Positions 25,198 through 38,690 of a stretch of 64,000 bases of DNA are shown here, piece by piece; the first letter of the stretch is position 1, and every line of letters starts with the position of its first letter. Both the position numbers and the translations under genes were made by a program. The notes under the pieces were generated by a model. The model worked only from the letters and a program-made list of their open reading frames with translations. It ran no database searches and was not told the DNA's origin. Source of the stretch: Mizuhopecten yessoensis (Eukaryota); assembly GCF_002113885.1 (NCBI RefSeq), contig NW_018407384.1, forward strand, positions 692,792 through 756,791. The letters are read 5' to 3'.

Positions 25198-26361
25198 AGG
25201 CCAAATGTAAACATCGCGGCGAAAGAAAAAGAAGCATGCAAAAATCATGACAGGCACGAGGTATCAATACCGTTATATATAACAACAACATATAGGTAGG
25301 AATACTACACTTGCATCATACATGACCTTTGAAAACAATTATCTACGTAAAGTATTGCTGTCTTGTCCGCTAGTTGAGTTCGACATGGCACATGCCGGCA
25401 ACAGTGTCTAACAGCTGAGCTGCCCTCACTGGAACCGGGGCTGACGGGGATCATCGCTGACCAGAACCGTTGCATATTGTGGCGTTTTCATACACTTGTT
25501 TTAGCAAAAGTCTGCCATGATTTGTATCAATATGTGACTAATGTTTAGCATGGGAAAGTATCTGCATCAAATTATCAAGACAATTATTTATGATTATGAT
25601 CATTGTTTTTAATACAAAAAGTGTAGCAGAACTCATAATGCGGTGTAGGAATATAGCAGTTGCCTCCCTTTGATAATTTATTTTATTATATTTCTCGAGA
25701 TATACAAAAAACCAAACAATGATATTGGATTTAAATGGCTGCAGCCTTGTTTATTTTTAACTGTACAACCTCAAAACATGGCGGGCAGGTTTACCTAAAT
25801 TTTGTCCCCCAGGTAAGTCCTTGGCAAGACGTAATTAACACAAGTACACACATAAGCAATCATAGATGCTAAATATCTTCCCGCAGGAACCGGACATGAA
25901 GCTAATTGCTATCTGACCTAGCAGATTTTGTGTGTACTTGTACAAACCCCTCTCGCAAGAGGAACCACTGATATAATTATATCACCCACTCTCGCAAGAG
26001 TAACAAACAATTAATCAATCCACACTAAGCTCTCAGGGAATCGCTTGGCAAGCATTTAGTGGGTCGATTACTATGAGACTGTGCACTGTCCTTCCACCAA
26101 CCCCCAGGATACCACCGTAGCAGGTATTTAATAGTCTCCTAGCCTACTTGTTAGCGAGACTATTGGAGAGCAGCACACAATCCAATAATACATATAAAAC
26201 AAAAACATTATAATAAATGTGAATTATATACCTGCCCGCCATATCTTGCCCTGAAAGAGAAGACTGCAGCAAAGCAAATATCAGAAATGAGCGAAACAAG
26301 CAAAGTTCTCTGAATATTAAAGTTCATCAGTTGCCCACCATTCTAATCCAGCCACTTGAAT

Positions 26362-26470
26362 AAGCACCGATAAAGCTAGTTTTCAGTCTCTTAAGTCCAA
26401 GCACCGATAAAGCTAGTTTTCAGTCTCTTAAGTCCAAGCACCGATAAAGCTAGTTTTCAGTCTCTTAAGT
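26362..26470. repeat. 37-bp tandem triplication
   Basis: AAGCACCGATAAAGCTAGTTTTCAGTCTCTTAAGTCC x3. Confidence 0.95.
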
Positions 26471-26699
26471 TCTCGGCACTTTGGCACTCCAGAAACTATT
26501 GGTCTGAACACACAGCCTGTTAGACCTGCAAATAAAAACTCAGCAGCAGTATCGCAATACAAATTGTAAAAATACGTTCAAATTTTCATTTACATGCGAA
26601 TCTCAAAGTACATACACAATACAACATAAAGTACAAACTCTAGCTCCGGATAAGATAAAGAAACAGGAGTATGCAGGGGATGGAGGGTGGGATGAGAAT

Positions 26700-27300
26700 T
26701 TCTTTTAGCAGAGGGAGTATAAAAGTAAGATAAATTCTGTTTAATGTCTTGCGATTTAAAGTATATTTTAACTTGCGGAGAATTCCTATTTGTTTCGTAA
26801 CAGTTTTACAAATGTTATCAATATGGTGAGTCCATTTACAGTTAGCATCTAGGAAAATGCCTAGATGTTTATGATGTTCAATAAAATCAATATTAACATT
26901 ATTAAAAATAAGATTGACATCAAGCTCAGTATTGGTATTTGAAATTAGTAGTGCTTCAGTTTTATTAGGATTAAATTTAACAAGCCAATTTTCTGCCCAG
27001 TTATGATTGTTTTCAAGATCTCGGTTAGTAGTAGTTTCAAGTTCAATTGTGGAAGGAGAAGAGACGGATAGGGAAGTATCATCAGCAAGAAGACGGGAAG
27101 GGCTGACAAGGTTATCAGTTATATCGTTGATATACAAGAGAAAAAGAAGCGGACCTAAGACAGAACCCTGGGGTCACCAGCATTAGTTGTTTTAGTGTGA
27201 GAAGTAACATTGTGGATGAAGACTTGTTGATGGCGATTCTGTACATAATAGGATAGCCAGTCTAAAAGATTTCCATTAATTCCATAGCTTTTTAATTTGT
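26700..27300 (-). mobile_element. CR1-type LINE RT fragment
   Basis: PQGSVLGPLLFLVYINDI, LLADDTSL, WLVKFNPNKTE, HKHLGIFLD. Confidence 0.9.
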
Positions 27301-27874
27301 TCTTTTAATTAGTTTCTTTTAAGATATTTAGTTACTGAATAAATATTTCGCTTTGTAACATTCTTAAATTATTTTTGTTATCAGTCCCTCATCCTTCTGT
27401 ACCATAATTCTTATATAACCTGGTTTTTGTTCTGTCTGATTTACAATCTGCCTTAAACCAGATTTTTTGAAATTGATATTATCAGCATTACTTATTTTTA
27501 TGTTCAATAGAACAGTTCGAAAATGCATATCTAGCCCTATCAATAAAGACTTTATATTATCACCAATACATCAAAATGTCACTTATTTCGTTGTTTAAGG
27601 CTTCATTGCTTCGTACAACCAGTACATTTTTCAACATAACGTGAACGCTAAGCAACGTTTTTATCATAAGGAAGGAAAATTAAACATCAGCAGAATAATC
27701 TTGAACACAAAATTCCTTCACCAGCGGAAAGAAGTCATATGCAACAATGAATTATGATAATCAATACACTTACAAATCACCTCTATTTCTGTCTGTGTCC
27801 GTCTATCCGTGATAAGTGTTACCGTTCTGACAGGTATCCAGCAGACGTTATCATAGATATTTACTCTAAGACCC

Positions 27875-27982
27875 TTACATATGTGTGTATGTTGGAAATG
27901 TAAATTCCACCAGAGGGGGTTTTCCCAATCAGGAAACTCCTAGGCTGGAATGTCCCTATCCTACACATACGCATATGAAAGA
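27875..27982. mobile_element. Short MITE (…CCCTATCCTACAC…ATGAAAGA family)
   Basis: Same terminal motif as the copies at 28829-28980 and 36832-36979. Confidence 0.6.
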
Positions 27983-28828
27983 CACTTCTTCTCTCATTAT
28001 ATTTACTTGTCGAAAAAAAGTGTGATATTTGGTTGCCGTTTGTCTCATTTTAAACTCTTATTAAACATTTTTAATAAAATCTTATGATATACATGTAATT
28101 GAATTCACCACTGCCATGTTTGATGTTCGAAATTTGCATATTTCTTATAAAACTACAGTGTTTTGATTTCCTTAGAGCTTTCCACTTTCATAATCATCAC
28201 TATGTTGTTGACTGATCCGCAGTATTGTAGAACTGTACACCAAACCGAGGCTGGAAATCTCCAACTTGTGTGTATCATTCAGTGTTCTGTAGTTATTCAG
28301 GGATTTGGCATTCCTGTGGCCTGTGACATGGACTTGGTTGTTATCTCGTAAATCGTTATCAGTCTTTTTGTTGTTGTACAATGGACTTTTTTACATTGAT
28401 ATTGGAAGTGTAAGAGTTCTTTTTTGGACATATCTTTCATAATATTTGCAAGTTTGTTTTCCTACGCTTGATCTTACCCTCCGTCATGTGTATCTCTGGC
28501 CGAAGCAATGAATTCCAATACAAGTTGGTCCTAGTCTACTGGGGAATGGTGTACGGCATCGAACGGCTGTCATCGGGATATTTCGTTTCTCCGAACAATT
28601 TTTGTTTGATTATAGTTTTCTTCTATATACTAACATCTCATTTTTTGTCGATAAAGTCCTGTACATTTACCCGTTTTCATACGGATAGTGCTGTTATCTT
28701 GAAGACGACAGTCTTTTTGAGTTACCCCCCCTAGACCAAAATTAATCGGCACGTGTAAAGATAGATTTTTCTAACTCTAAATTAGACCCCTTTCTTACAT
28801 GGGACATTTCTATGTGATAATACACTAC

Positions 28829-28980
28829 TCTTTCATGCCCAGGAATGTAAGGGAGGAACATTCTAGCTTTAAGACTTTCTAATTGGTTCAAAATTATAAA
28901 TCCTCCGGAAGCCAGGGATTTTACCCAATATGAAAACCCCTCGGGTGGAATTTCCCTATCCTACACCCCGGACATGAACG
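28829..28980. mobile_element. Short MITE, same family
   Basis: TCTTTCATG...GGTGGAATTTCCCTATCCTACAC...CATGAA imperfect TIRs. Confidence 0.6.
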
Positions 28981-29169
28981 ATACTTAGAGTAAATAGCTA
29001 TGCTCAGAAACACTCATCATGGATGGTGGGACTGGTACAGACAGAAACAGAAGTGATTTGTAATTGATTGTCATAGTTGATTATTTTATACGACTTCTTA
29101 TAGCTAGAGGAGGAATTTTGTTTTCAAGTTTATTACGCTGCTTCGCCTAAGTGAAGTATTCTTTCGGAT

Positions 29170-30230
29170 TGTTATTATATATCAATCCTAACATATCACC
29201 TTTGTGTTTTTTATCGTGCCCGTGTTAATCACTTTTCAAGCCTTATATTACCTGATCTCTATTCAATAAGTGCTTATGATTTTCCTCCGACTTTCATCCG
29301 TTGAAGTTAGACAATGATGTTTTTCATTTGACCATGTTTTTTCATAAGATCTTTAGTCCTGCTTTAGTATAATCAACTGTTGAATAAACTTTATTAACAC
29401 CGCAATGTGGTAAAACTAATTCATTGATAACTTGACAAAATAAAATCTATTTTGTGTTCACATAATTTTGCGTATTAAAGCTATCTGCATTTTCACTGAG
29501 TTTTTTTCCCAATAAGGCTTACATTTTCATTGTTCCATTGAATTCGATCATATAGTATTCGTTATGTAAGATTACTTTTACCTGAATATTGTTCTCGCTT
29601 ATATTTCAAATATTATTAGAAGACGTGGCGCATGATCAACAATAGTTATGAAATGTCCTGAGTTGAAAAAGCAAATGTAGTGAAAATAATAAAAATCTGT
29701 TGACAGATATTCGAAATTACTTTTTCATTTTTACTGTAAAACACAAAACTACCATCGTCGATGTTCTTAGGCTCGACTTGTTTTTCATCATTCATGCATA
29801 CATACCTTTGTAAGATATGTAAGATCTTGGTGTATGGCAGCGGGTCTGTTGCCATCTACATATCCGGGCGATGATAATGGCATACATTATCGTTTGCGTT
29901 AACAATAACCGTACTCAGCGGAATATATTCTGTCTAGTGACACATTATGGAAAGAATCACCCTCATCTGACACCTTCTTTCGCTTCTTTGAGATCTTTCC
30001 CATTTCAGGAAAAGACATAACACGTTAATTTTGCAAACAAATCCGTTTATACATCGTGACAGTAACTTTTTATAAACATCCTATGTGCAAAACAAATTGA
30101 TTTAACGTTTCCATTATATGTGATGATATTCGACTTTATCTTTGAAACTGATAAATACCGAAGACATGGTCAATGGGAAATATATTACAAGTTTTCCAAA
30201 ACAAAAGCAACATGCATGACACTGAAAACT
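29170..30230 (-). mobile_element. Older decayed copy of the LINE family at 3305-7640 (endonuclease/linker region)
   Basis: CTAACATATCACCTT is shared with ~6381, and a GHF.TI.DHAP-like segment at ~29620-29670 matches ~6870-6910. Confidence 0.6.
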
Positions 30231-31804
30231 ACAGTTCGTCCACTGATCAGTTGTGTGAGTACAATATTCTCTTCTATTTGCATGCAGAAATGATACAAGA
30301 AAACAAACCTGTCTTTAGAAGCAATCACACAACCACAGATAACATATTTTACTGTGTTCTAAAGTTGTATTATAAAATAAAAAATAAAAAAACAGGCTCG
30401 CTTCATCGATTTTGAAAAAAAGTCTTTGAAAGTGTTTGGAGATATGAGTTATAGAGTAAACTAATCAGTAATCTTATTATTTTTTGTTATTTATTACTTA
30501 CATGTATGATAGGGGTTGAAGGTAAAGCACAAACCTGTGACACACCTTTAAAATTTCGTAATAGATGCAGTTTGCCAAAAAGAATTACACTGTATCACAC
30601 AGTTGTTTCGTGTAATCTTTATATGACCAAAATAATTAATTACATTTTCAAATAATTTCTTATCTAATTTAGGAAGAACAGAAGTGTCAAGAATCCCAAT
30701 CCCTACTCTGTATCTTTTAAATTGTTTCAATGGTTTGTTTAGTTAAAAGTGGATGTCGATGATTATCAGAGATATCATACAAGCTAGAAAGTTAACTACC
30801 ATTTACAAATGTTTGTGTTATTGTATGGAGATATTACTATACTTTTGGCAGACTCGGCAAACAAACCTCCAAATCAATTAAATAGATGGCGTCTGTAAGA
30901 CAATATTGAACTTACGTAATGATATTTGTTACAGGTAAGGTCTCACATGAACTATAACTTGACTGTAATGTAAACAATATAGAAATAGTGAATAGCTTTA
31001 TCTGTATTTCTTTGGATTCACTTTACAGGGATTGTATATACACATACACAAAGATTATAAAGAGTATTAAAAGTAATATAACAAAGAAGAAAAAATGATA
31101 TATAGTGACATAGCGAAATGTTGAGAACATAACTTGTCAGTTGATTGTTGGTGTGGTTTTACTTAGTTAAGAGTCCTATAACGGCTAAGATCATTTAGGA
31201 AGTCGATTGAGTGTAAGTATTGTATGGATATGTAAAAAATGGGGTTACTGTTATTAGATATAATACATTAAATTAAGCAACGTTTAAACAAAGTATAATT
31301 TACCATGGATATCGTTTATTGATGATATGTAAACAGAGAAACACTTTGAATCGGTCGACTGTGAAAGTGTTAATTAGTTAATATCTACAATTTTCAATAA
31401 ACTAAAAAAAATAAAAAATAGTACACATGTGGCGATAAGACATATTTAATTCTTCCAGGTGAACAAATTATAGTATATATATTTAAACATGCAAATGTAT
31501 CACAATTATTTCTTAATCATTTGATTGTAAATAATAAATAACTATTACAAATTAAGGACACCCAATTAAAATTTTCACGAAGAATGTGGTAAATAAATAA
31601 ATATATACAAGGAAAACAGAGTATGTAATATATGCACCAGAATTGAATTAAGTGATGAATATAATTTTCTGTTTGAAGACAAACATTTATGCACAAATGA
31701 AAGTAAAAGCAAACTAATGTCTCGATAATACTATGTTTGTATCGAATATAACGTCAAAGGTTTTTGAGTAACAGTCGGAGTCTTCACACAATACTCTGAT
31801 CACT

Positions 31805-34671
31805 TCAAAGATGCATCTTCACTCGCCTGGTGATCCTGTATAACACACTGGAAGTACAAAAATATCTATCAGATAACGAATACAGACCCCTGTTTTCGGA
31901 CATCTTCACTGTCGCTTGCTGGAATATTTTTATCAATTAAATTCTTAGAAATGCATTTATTCACAGGTACCGATTGCGTCTATAGACATATAAACGAATC
32001 TTATGTTTTTCTCGTAATAGTTAGGTTTTATTTTTAAACAGTCACCTTAAATTCTCTTCATGAGTCAAATTGTTTATTCACTTTATTTTGTTCAATATAT
32101 TCTTACAATGATAATACTCCTGCGACAGAGGTGTATCCGGCAAGGACGAGAAAGGCTGCACCCCGGAATGTCTCCACGGTGTGGCCATATACAACGGTGG
32201 AAGTCAAACTGCCAAACTGGGTACAAAACGTCTCCACGATGGCTATCCCGGCAAACATTGTTCCTGAAATGAAATCAAAGTAGAAATTATTGATGGACTA
32301 CATCTCGTTGTAGGACTTATGTTTAGAATATATACATATCAATGGCAACACTCACAACTCTTATAGAACGAGGTTATATTTTAACAGACTTCATACAAAA
32401 ACCGACTTTCGTATAACATACAAGAACAAACCTAACGTTTTCATTCTGGTTCCAAACTTGTAATTAATTGTTAACGAGTACCGACCTTACAATAGGATAA
32501 TGTACCGGGTGATCATCAAATTTGTCCATCAACTTTTTCTACTTATCATGACGAACGAGTACCGACTTTGTTTATAAACGAGTAAAGCTATTGTTTTACA
32601 TACGTGTACCGACCTTGTTTTTCATACATTTATAGGACATTGATCTACATACGAGTACCGACCTTGCTTTTCCTGCGGCGTTAGACTCGACATGATTCCC
32701 CGAACTATAGGAATTGCCATGGTCCTAGCAAAGCTCAATACAGGAACTAGAACAAAACGAGAACTGGTGCATCAATAAAGGTAAGACAACATCTTCAATC
32801 TAGCTCTTAAATTCAAACTATAAATAACAAATTACAATTACCCCAGGAAGTTTCTTTCACATTTGTTAAATAGTCACTAGCATTACGAAGATATGAAGTA
32901 CATAATTAATGCAGAAAGCAAAACGAGGTTAATATTTTTGTCAATTTAGGACTTATCAGCGTTACCAAAGTTCAAAACAATGAAACAACTCGGACAATAA
33001 TGTCATTTTTACAAATAGCAATGAAGAATTCCTGATCAAACATCTTCAACTACCTTTCTTTTGTCTTAATTCGCTCACATACATATAGCAATTACGTTGA
33101 CACAGACAAGCAATACAGCTTTATTTGCTTCGAATTAATTAATGTATAAACGATTAATTTAAGACTATGTATACATTTTAAACTGTTTATATCGTGTATC
33201 CACGAATGTTTACACAACGACGGGAAGTACTTTAGACATCTCATCTTATACAGTAAGTCTGAATACTTTACTAATACGATTGTGAGGATGCTATACCACT
33301 CTGATGTTCTGGAGAACACATTTGTCGAAACTAAAGCCCGCGTAGCATGATTCCCCGATGTAGTACCACATGTAAGATTTAAATGTCTTCGATATGGATA
33401 TATTTAAATATTTCGATGGAATATTTATCCTTAAAAAGTTTCTACAAGAAAAAACAAACACACATAGAAAGTCTGCACCAACGAATACCTAATATAACTG
33501 TCACATACTTACCAAAGTAAAGCATCAAGGTACTATAAGCAAATGCCTCTAAGATATAACCAGCAGAATGGGACAGGTTTGCGATGACAGCTATGAGAGA
33601 CTCGTCCAAACACAGCTGTAGTGGACGGAAGAGTAGCATTCCCAGAACAAACGGTATGCCGGTGCGCATGGTAATGAAGACACCCACTTGTACTGAGCTC
33701 ATGCAAAATGGGGAATTTAATCCAAACAAAGTTTCTATTCCGTTGGCACCGAACGATGCTGTGATGACGAAACAATAGATTAGCATGCAAACCAGAAATA
33801 TCTTCCGTTTTCCATTAAGGGCGGCATCTCTGAAGTAAAACACGAAAATGTCAAAGGCAAGTTGAGTTGTGGATTTTCTTTGTTGATCTTCTGTCTTGTT
33901 TAACGTTTCGGGTACGAAAACCAATAACAGGAATGGAAGGATCGAACAACAGGAACTGATCAGCAAAGCGTACATGAAACCTTCTGCTTTTATGATGAAA
34001 CCGGAAGTAAAACTTCCAATGACCAAACCTAATCCCAACGATATCTCGGTCATGGCTATTACAAATATCCGCGTTTTTCCGGGTTCGGTCACGTCAGCCA
34101 CTATTGACATAACAATAGATACTGCCAAAACCCAACCTCCTCCACATCCGTCAATGAAGAAAAAAATAATAAATATGTAAATGTTCCAGTCCAAATATAT
34201 GCCAACAGTAGTCAGAACACATTTTAGCATGTTTCCTATGAAAGGGACGAGGAGAAAAAGTTTCCTACCATATTTATCACTTAATGAACCGTAAAAGAAA
34301 ATACCAAATATTCCCGGTACCCCCCTTGCCAACTCTGCGTAAATGATGAACTGAGATGCCATCTTTTGCACGGTTTGTTGATCGCGGTACAGCTGTGACG
34401 TTGTGTTTAGCTGACATCCCGACTCGTTAGTACTGAAACTGACATTAGGATAGTAGGTCTTGTGAATATTCGCGTACACGTACTGCACAATGACAAGTTG
34501 GGCAAGAACAAAACTGTAAATGAGCGACAATAATGTAAACCCTAGAATTAGAAATCTCATAAACTTTTTTTTGCTTTTTATTTCAGTCACAGTTTGATTT
34601 TCTGCAGTCGTTGCTGGTAATGGTTCCTTACTCTCCAAAGTCTGCAAAGAATAAGTCTGACTTCGAGACAT
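31805..34671 (-). CDS. SLC46A: SLC46A-family MFS transporter, gene B, 480 aa; coding exons 34671-33513, 32746-32663, 32263-32107, 31847-31805
   Basis: GSLSDKYGRK; IVADVT; LNSPFCMSSVQVG; 84-nt exon VPVLSFARTMAIPIVRGIMSSLTPQEKQG; 157-nt exon; last exon VLYRITRRVKMHL*. GT-AG introns, phases compatible (1443 nt). UTR acceptor at 34687. Confidence 0.92.
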
Positions 34672-35199
34672 CGTAGCGTCGTTGATCTGAAAGATAAATT
34701 AGCCAACTTTAATTACCGTGTTTACAGTGTGTGAATGTAGCATTAAAACTTTGTCATATTCAACTAAATCCTTTGTTAGTGATACTGTGGTTATACCATG
34801 TAATCAGCTTATTCATTGTGACATTGTGACTGTAATTATCTTACTGGTGGTAACACTGTGATTAGATATCAAACGCTGCCATTGTTTTTCATTGTAATCA
34901 GCTAGATGCATGTATGAACATATGCACCAACTAATTTACAATTTCATTTACATATAACGGCTTGCTTTTCCTTGGGAGTAAAAGATATCATACTAGCAAA
35001 GGAGGTTATTCTTTCAGTGTGGTATGAGGTATGGAAAGTGAGGAGTGGAAACAGTTAGAGACTGTTATTTTTAGAGGAGATAATCCACAGAATGGATCAA
35101 ACGATGTTATGAGTTATTATTTTATATAGAATATATAACCTTCATTTAGTTTACAACATTTGCGAAACAAGTTTTTCAACGTATTCCAATTACTGTTGT

Positions 35200-35300
35200 T
35201 GGCCTGGACAGGAGCTCGAAGAGTGTCTTTTACAAGGAGCGAACTGGAGTACCCAGGTGAAGCCCTAGTGTTCGGTTAAGTGACCCAGTGCCTGACATTA
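35200..35300 (-). mobile_element. SINE fragment
   Basis: GAACTGGAGTACCCAGGTGAAGCCC resembles the widespread GAAACCGGAGTACCCGGAGAAAACCC SINE core. Confidence 0.4.
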
Positions 35301-36130
35301 AACCGCGATTAAACATTGTTGATTAGGATTTTCTAAAATTTCCGAATTTCATAAAAATGTTATACAGATGCAAGGTAAGCTAGTATTTCGTCTGTCGAAT
35401 AAAATGGAAATATGTAGACAGGGTTTCATTTGCTATCATACAGGCCTTCTATAATTGAAACGACTGAGATAGAAAATGCCTGATCTGCCTGCCGCCGTTA
35501 CAACATAGGTTTAATGCAGATCATTGAATAGGGTTTGGACATCGAATTAAAACATTAACACTAGGACTTTTGTTTTGGTTCACTTTTGATTTCCAGTTTC
35601 AATTTTGTTTTTGAATTATGGATATGACAGATTTAACCCACTATGAACGTGAATCTATTTCACGTTCTCTTGTGTTTACATTTCACGGCGTGGTATTCTA
35701 AAGAATCAATCCGTTTTTGATATTCACATTCCATGTGATAGAAGGAGTCTCTCTAGCTTTTTCATGAAAATCGGCCGTAATTTTACATTATGTTAGTAGA
35801 TTGTTAGTTATTACGTGATTTTGTATTACTGAACAATGGTTGTATGGAGATGAAGAACAATGGCACGCTGAGGAGGATTTATGGTAAAGTCATCTGAGTT
35901 ATATTTTGGTATGATTCTGTACACTCTTTTAAATTCAACTATAGCATGTTGATGAGGTATGGATTCCTTTTTCGCACCAACCAAGAAAAACCCCTAGCAT
36001 GTAATTCGAGGTCAACATTGCTTACAGTTTGTTTGACAAAGTCATGTATGATCATATAATATTGATGTGTATTACAGTGGAACTGCGCCCTCCATAACAT
36101 ATCTATACAGAGAGAAGAGAAGACACTTAC

Positions 36131-36330
36131 CTCGATACAAGTGGATGGTGTGTTGTTGTCAACTGCAGAAAAAGTACTGACATACAGGAGCCCTATCACC
36201 AGACTATCGTTATCGTTATTAATGGATTACTACGGTAGCCCTCACATACAGAATAAGATATGATACATTATAAAGGTATATCAAAGCGTAATTGTAAACG
36301 AGAGTGCCGTCAGGAGCAGCATAACCCCGA
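36131..36330 (-). promoter_or_regulatory. Putative non-coding first exon/promoter of gene B
   Basis: Strong donor GAG|GTAAGT at 36131/36130; the ~200-bp block is conserved with 57300-57485 upstream of gene D. Confidence 0.6.
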
Positions 36331-36831
36331 TGTCTCAGAGCATCATTTGTTGTCGATATATTATCGATATCATTAGTAAGAGACTGCGATTTAAAATATT
36401 TGCTTTTGCAACTTTATCTGGAAGTAAGTACACACCGTTAGGTTCTAGACATTTCTATTTTAGTAGTATTGACCATGATATCAGACAATCCAACTGCATC
36501 GTGATTGTGTTTCCTCCTCACCATAAGAGCACCCTATTTTGAGCTTCTTCTGTTGTAAGGATGGGACAAATACTATTTTCAGTAAGAGTGACATTGCCCT
36601 TAGATTGACTATGCTCGAAATCAATAGGAACGTTCCTCTTCCCTTTGCCCTTCTGCTTCATATCTGTTCTCAAGATCGACCCTCATCACAGGGTGACGAG
36701 GTGACCCTCATCACATCTCATGACATCACAGCGGGACACCGATTGTGTGACGTCATGAAAGCAGCATTTTTTCGATGTCACGATACGGAAATTATGCCGA
36801 GTTGACTCTAGCCACTGGAACGAGAAAATAC

Positions 36832-36979
36832 TCTTTCATAACTTCGGGTGTAGGATAGTGAACTTGATCCCTTGGGATTATCTAATTGGCACAAAACTTT
36901 CGACAAACCTCAGGTTTAATGCAATTTGAAAATTCCTCGGGTGGAATTTCCCTATTCTACACCAAATGGAAATGAAAGA
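36832..36979. mobile_element. Short MITE, same family as 27875 and 28829
   Basis: TCTTTCAT..GGTGTAGGATAG / CTATTCTACACC..ATGAAAGA inverted termini. Confidence 0.65.
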
Positions 36980-37109
36980 ATAATCACCGTGATAGTTTTT
37001 AAGTCAAAACTTTAAAAATCTTACCTTTAGGTTGGGATTTATCTATTTACATCACACAGGAGTGATATATTCTAAAAGACGTTATAAGCAATGTTATATA
37101 ATCTCCCCC

Positions 37110-38690
37110 GTGTATTAATATGATCGATTTTGTTTTTGTGTCTTTATGTTTTTGGTATAGTTTGCCATTTTGTATTAACACTGTGATATATTTTGTCATT
37201 GTGTATTAATACTATGATATATTTTATTTTTATGTTTTGACGCTTTGCTATATCTGTCATTGTGTATTGTTACTGTGATTTATTTTATCTTTATGTTTTG
37301 ACGCTTTGTTATATCTGACATTGCATGTTAACGTTACAGTGTTGTCCTTGTTCGCTGTGATAAGTTTTGTCATTGTGTATTAATACTGTGATATCTTTTA
37401 TCTTTATGTTTTGACCCTTTGTTGTATCTGTCATTGTGTATTAATACTATGTTTTGACGCTTTGATATATCCGACTTTGAGTGTTACCGTTACAGTGTTG
37501 TCCTTGTTCGCTGTGGTATGTTTTGTCCTTATGTATTAATATTGTGATATATTTTATCTTTATGTTTATACGCTTTGATATATCTGTCATTGTGTATTAA
37601 TACTATGATATATTTTATCTTTATGTGTTGACGCTTTGATATATCTGACATTGCGTGTTTACGTAACAGTGTTGTCTTGTTCGCTGTGGTATGTTTTGTC
37701 TTGTGTGTTGACGTTGAGGTACACTTTGTCCCTTTGCAATGACACTTTGTTAAGGATTGTCATTTTGCGTTGATGCTCTCGCATATTTCGTTTTATCTTG
37801 TTGACGATGCAGTACATATTTTGTCTTTGTGTATGTAATATTATTTTTATGTTCTTGAGAGTTGAAATTAAGGTACATTTTATCCTTGATAGTTGAAATT
37901 TTTGTAAATTTTGTTGTTGTGTTTTGATGAAGTGTTATATTTTTTCATGTGTTGACACTGATTTAATCTGTTCTTGTGTATTGACACTGTGGTTTGTTTT
38001 GTCCTGGTTTTGATAATGTGTTATATTTTGTCCTATTGTGGTGACATTGCGATATATATTGTCCATGTTTGCTGAAGCTTAGGCATGTTTTGTTTCTTGT
38101 TTTGATGTTGTGTTATACTTTGTCCTTCTTTTGATGTTGTGATATATACTGCTATTCATTTATAGCATTTGGCTGAGGCCGATACCTGGATTTATCGACC
38201 CGAGAATATATATATTGACTTTTGACGATACCTGGTTTTCTTGGGTCGATAAATCCAGGTATTGACCGAAGTTAAAGGCCACAATTGTTCTATTATTTTA
38301 AAACAGCAACCTGATAAAATAACACAATAAAAAGGCCGCGGAAGCGGGACGGCTCGTTCGTTTGAAAACACGGCATAATTCTATTTTTAGAAACACCCAG
38401 TCCTTCAACAAAAATCACGCACTCCAAGTCGATATCGGTTTTTATCGGTGGACACGTGATGCACTTCTGTCCATTCACTTGTCGGGAAAATATGATAAAA
38501 TAATAATGTGGTTTATACATGCATTATAAAGTTTTGATGCTGTGGTATATATAATGTCAATGTTTTGATTCTGTTGCTTATTTTGGTCCTGTTTTGATGT
38601 TATGTTATACTTTGTCCCTGTTTTGATGTTGCGGTATATATTGTCCTTGTTTTGATGTTGTGGTATATTGTGATACATGCTCTTTTGTTT
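37110..38690. repeat. Degenerate T-rich ~30-35-bp tandem repeat region
   Basis: Recurrent TGTGATATATTTTGTC...TTTGATG/TTGACGC units; related sequence at ~58450-58670. Confidence 0.75.
38150..38520. mobile_element. Hairpin-bearing interspersed element inserted in the tandem repeat
   Basis: ~25-bp inverted repeat ATACCTGGATTTATCGACCCGAGAA / TTCTTGGGTCGATAAATCCAGGTAT (38182-38262); it interrupts the repeat register. Confidence 0.6.

Noticed and set aside
24623-25299. Long ORFs across Ns (also 3399-3782)
   Set aside because: Artefacts of assembly gaps.
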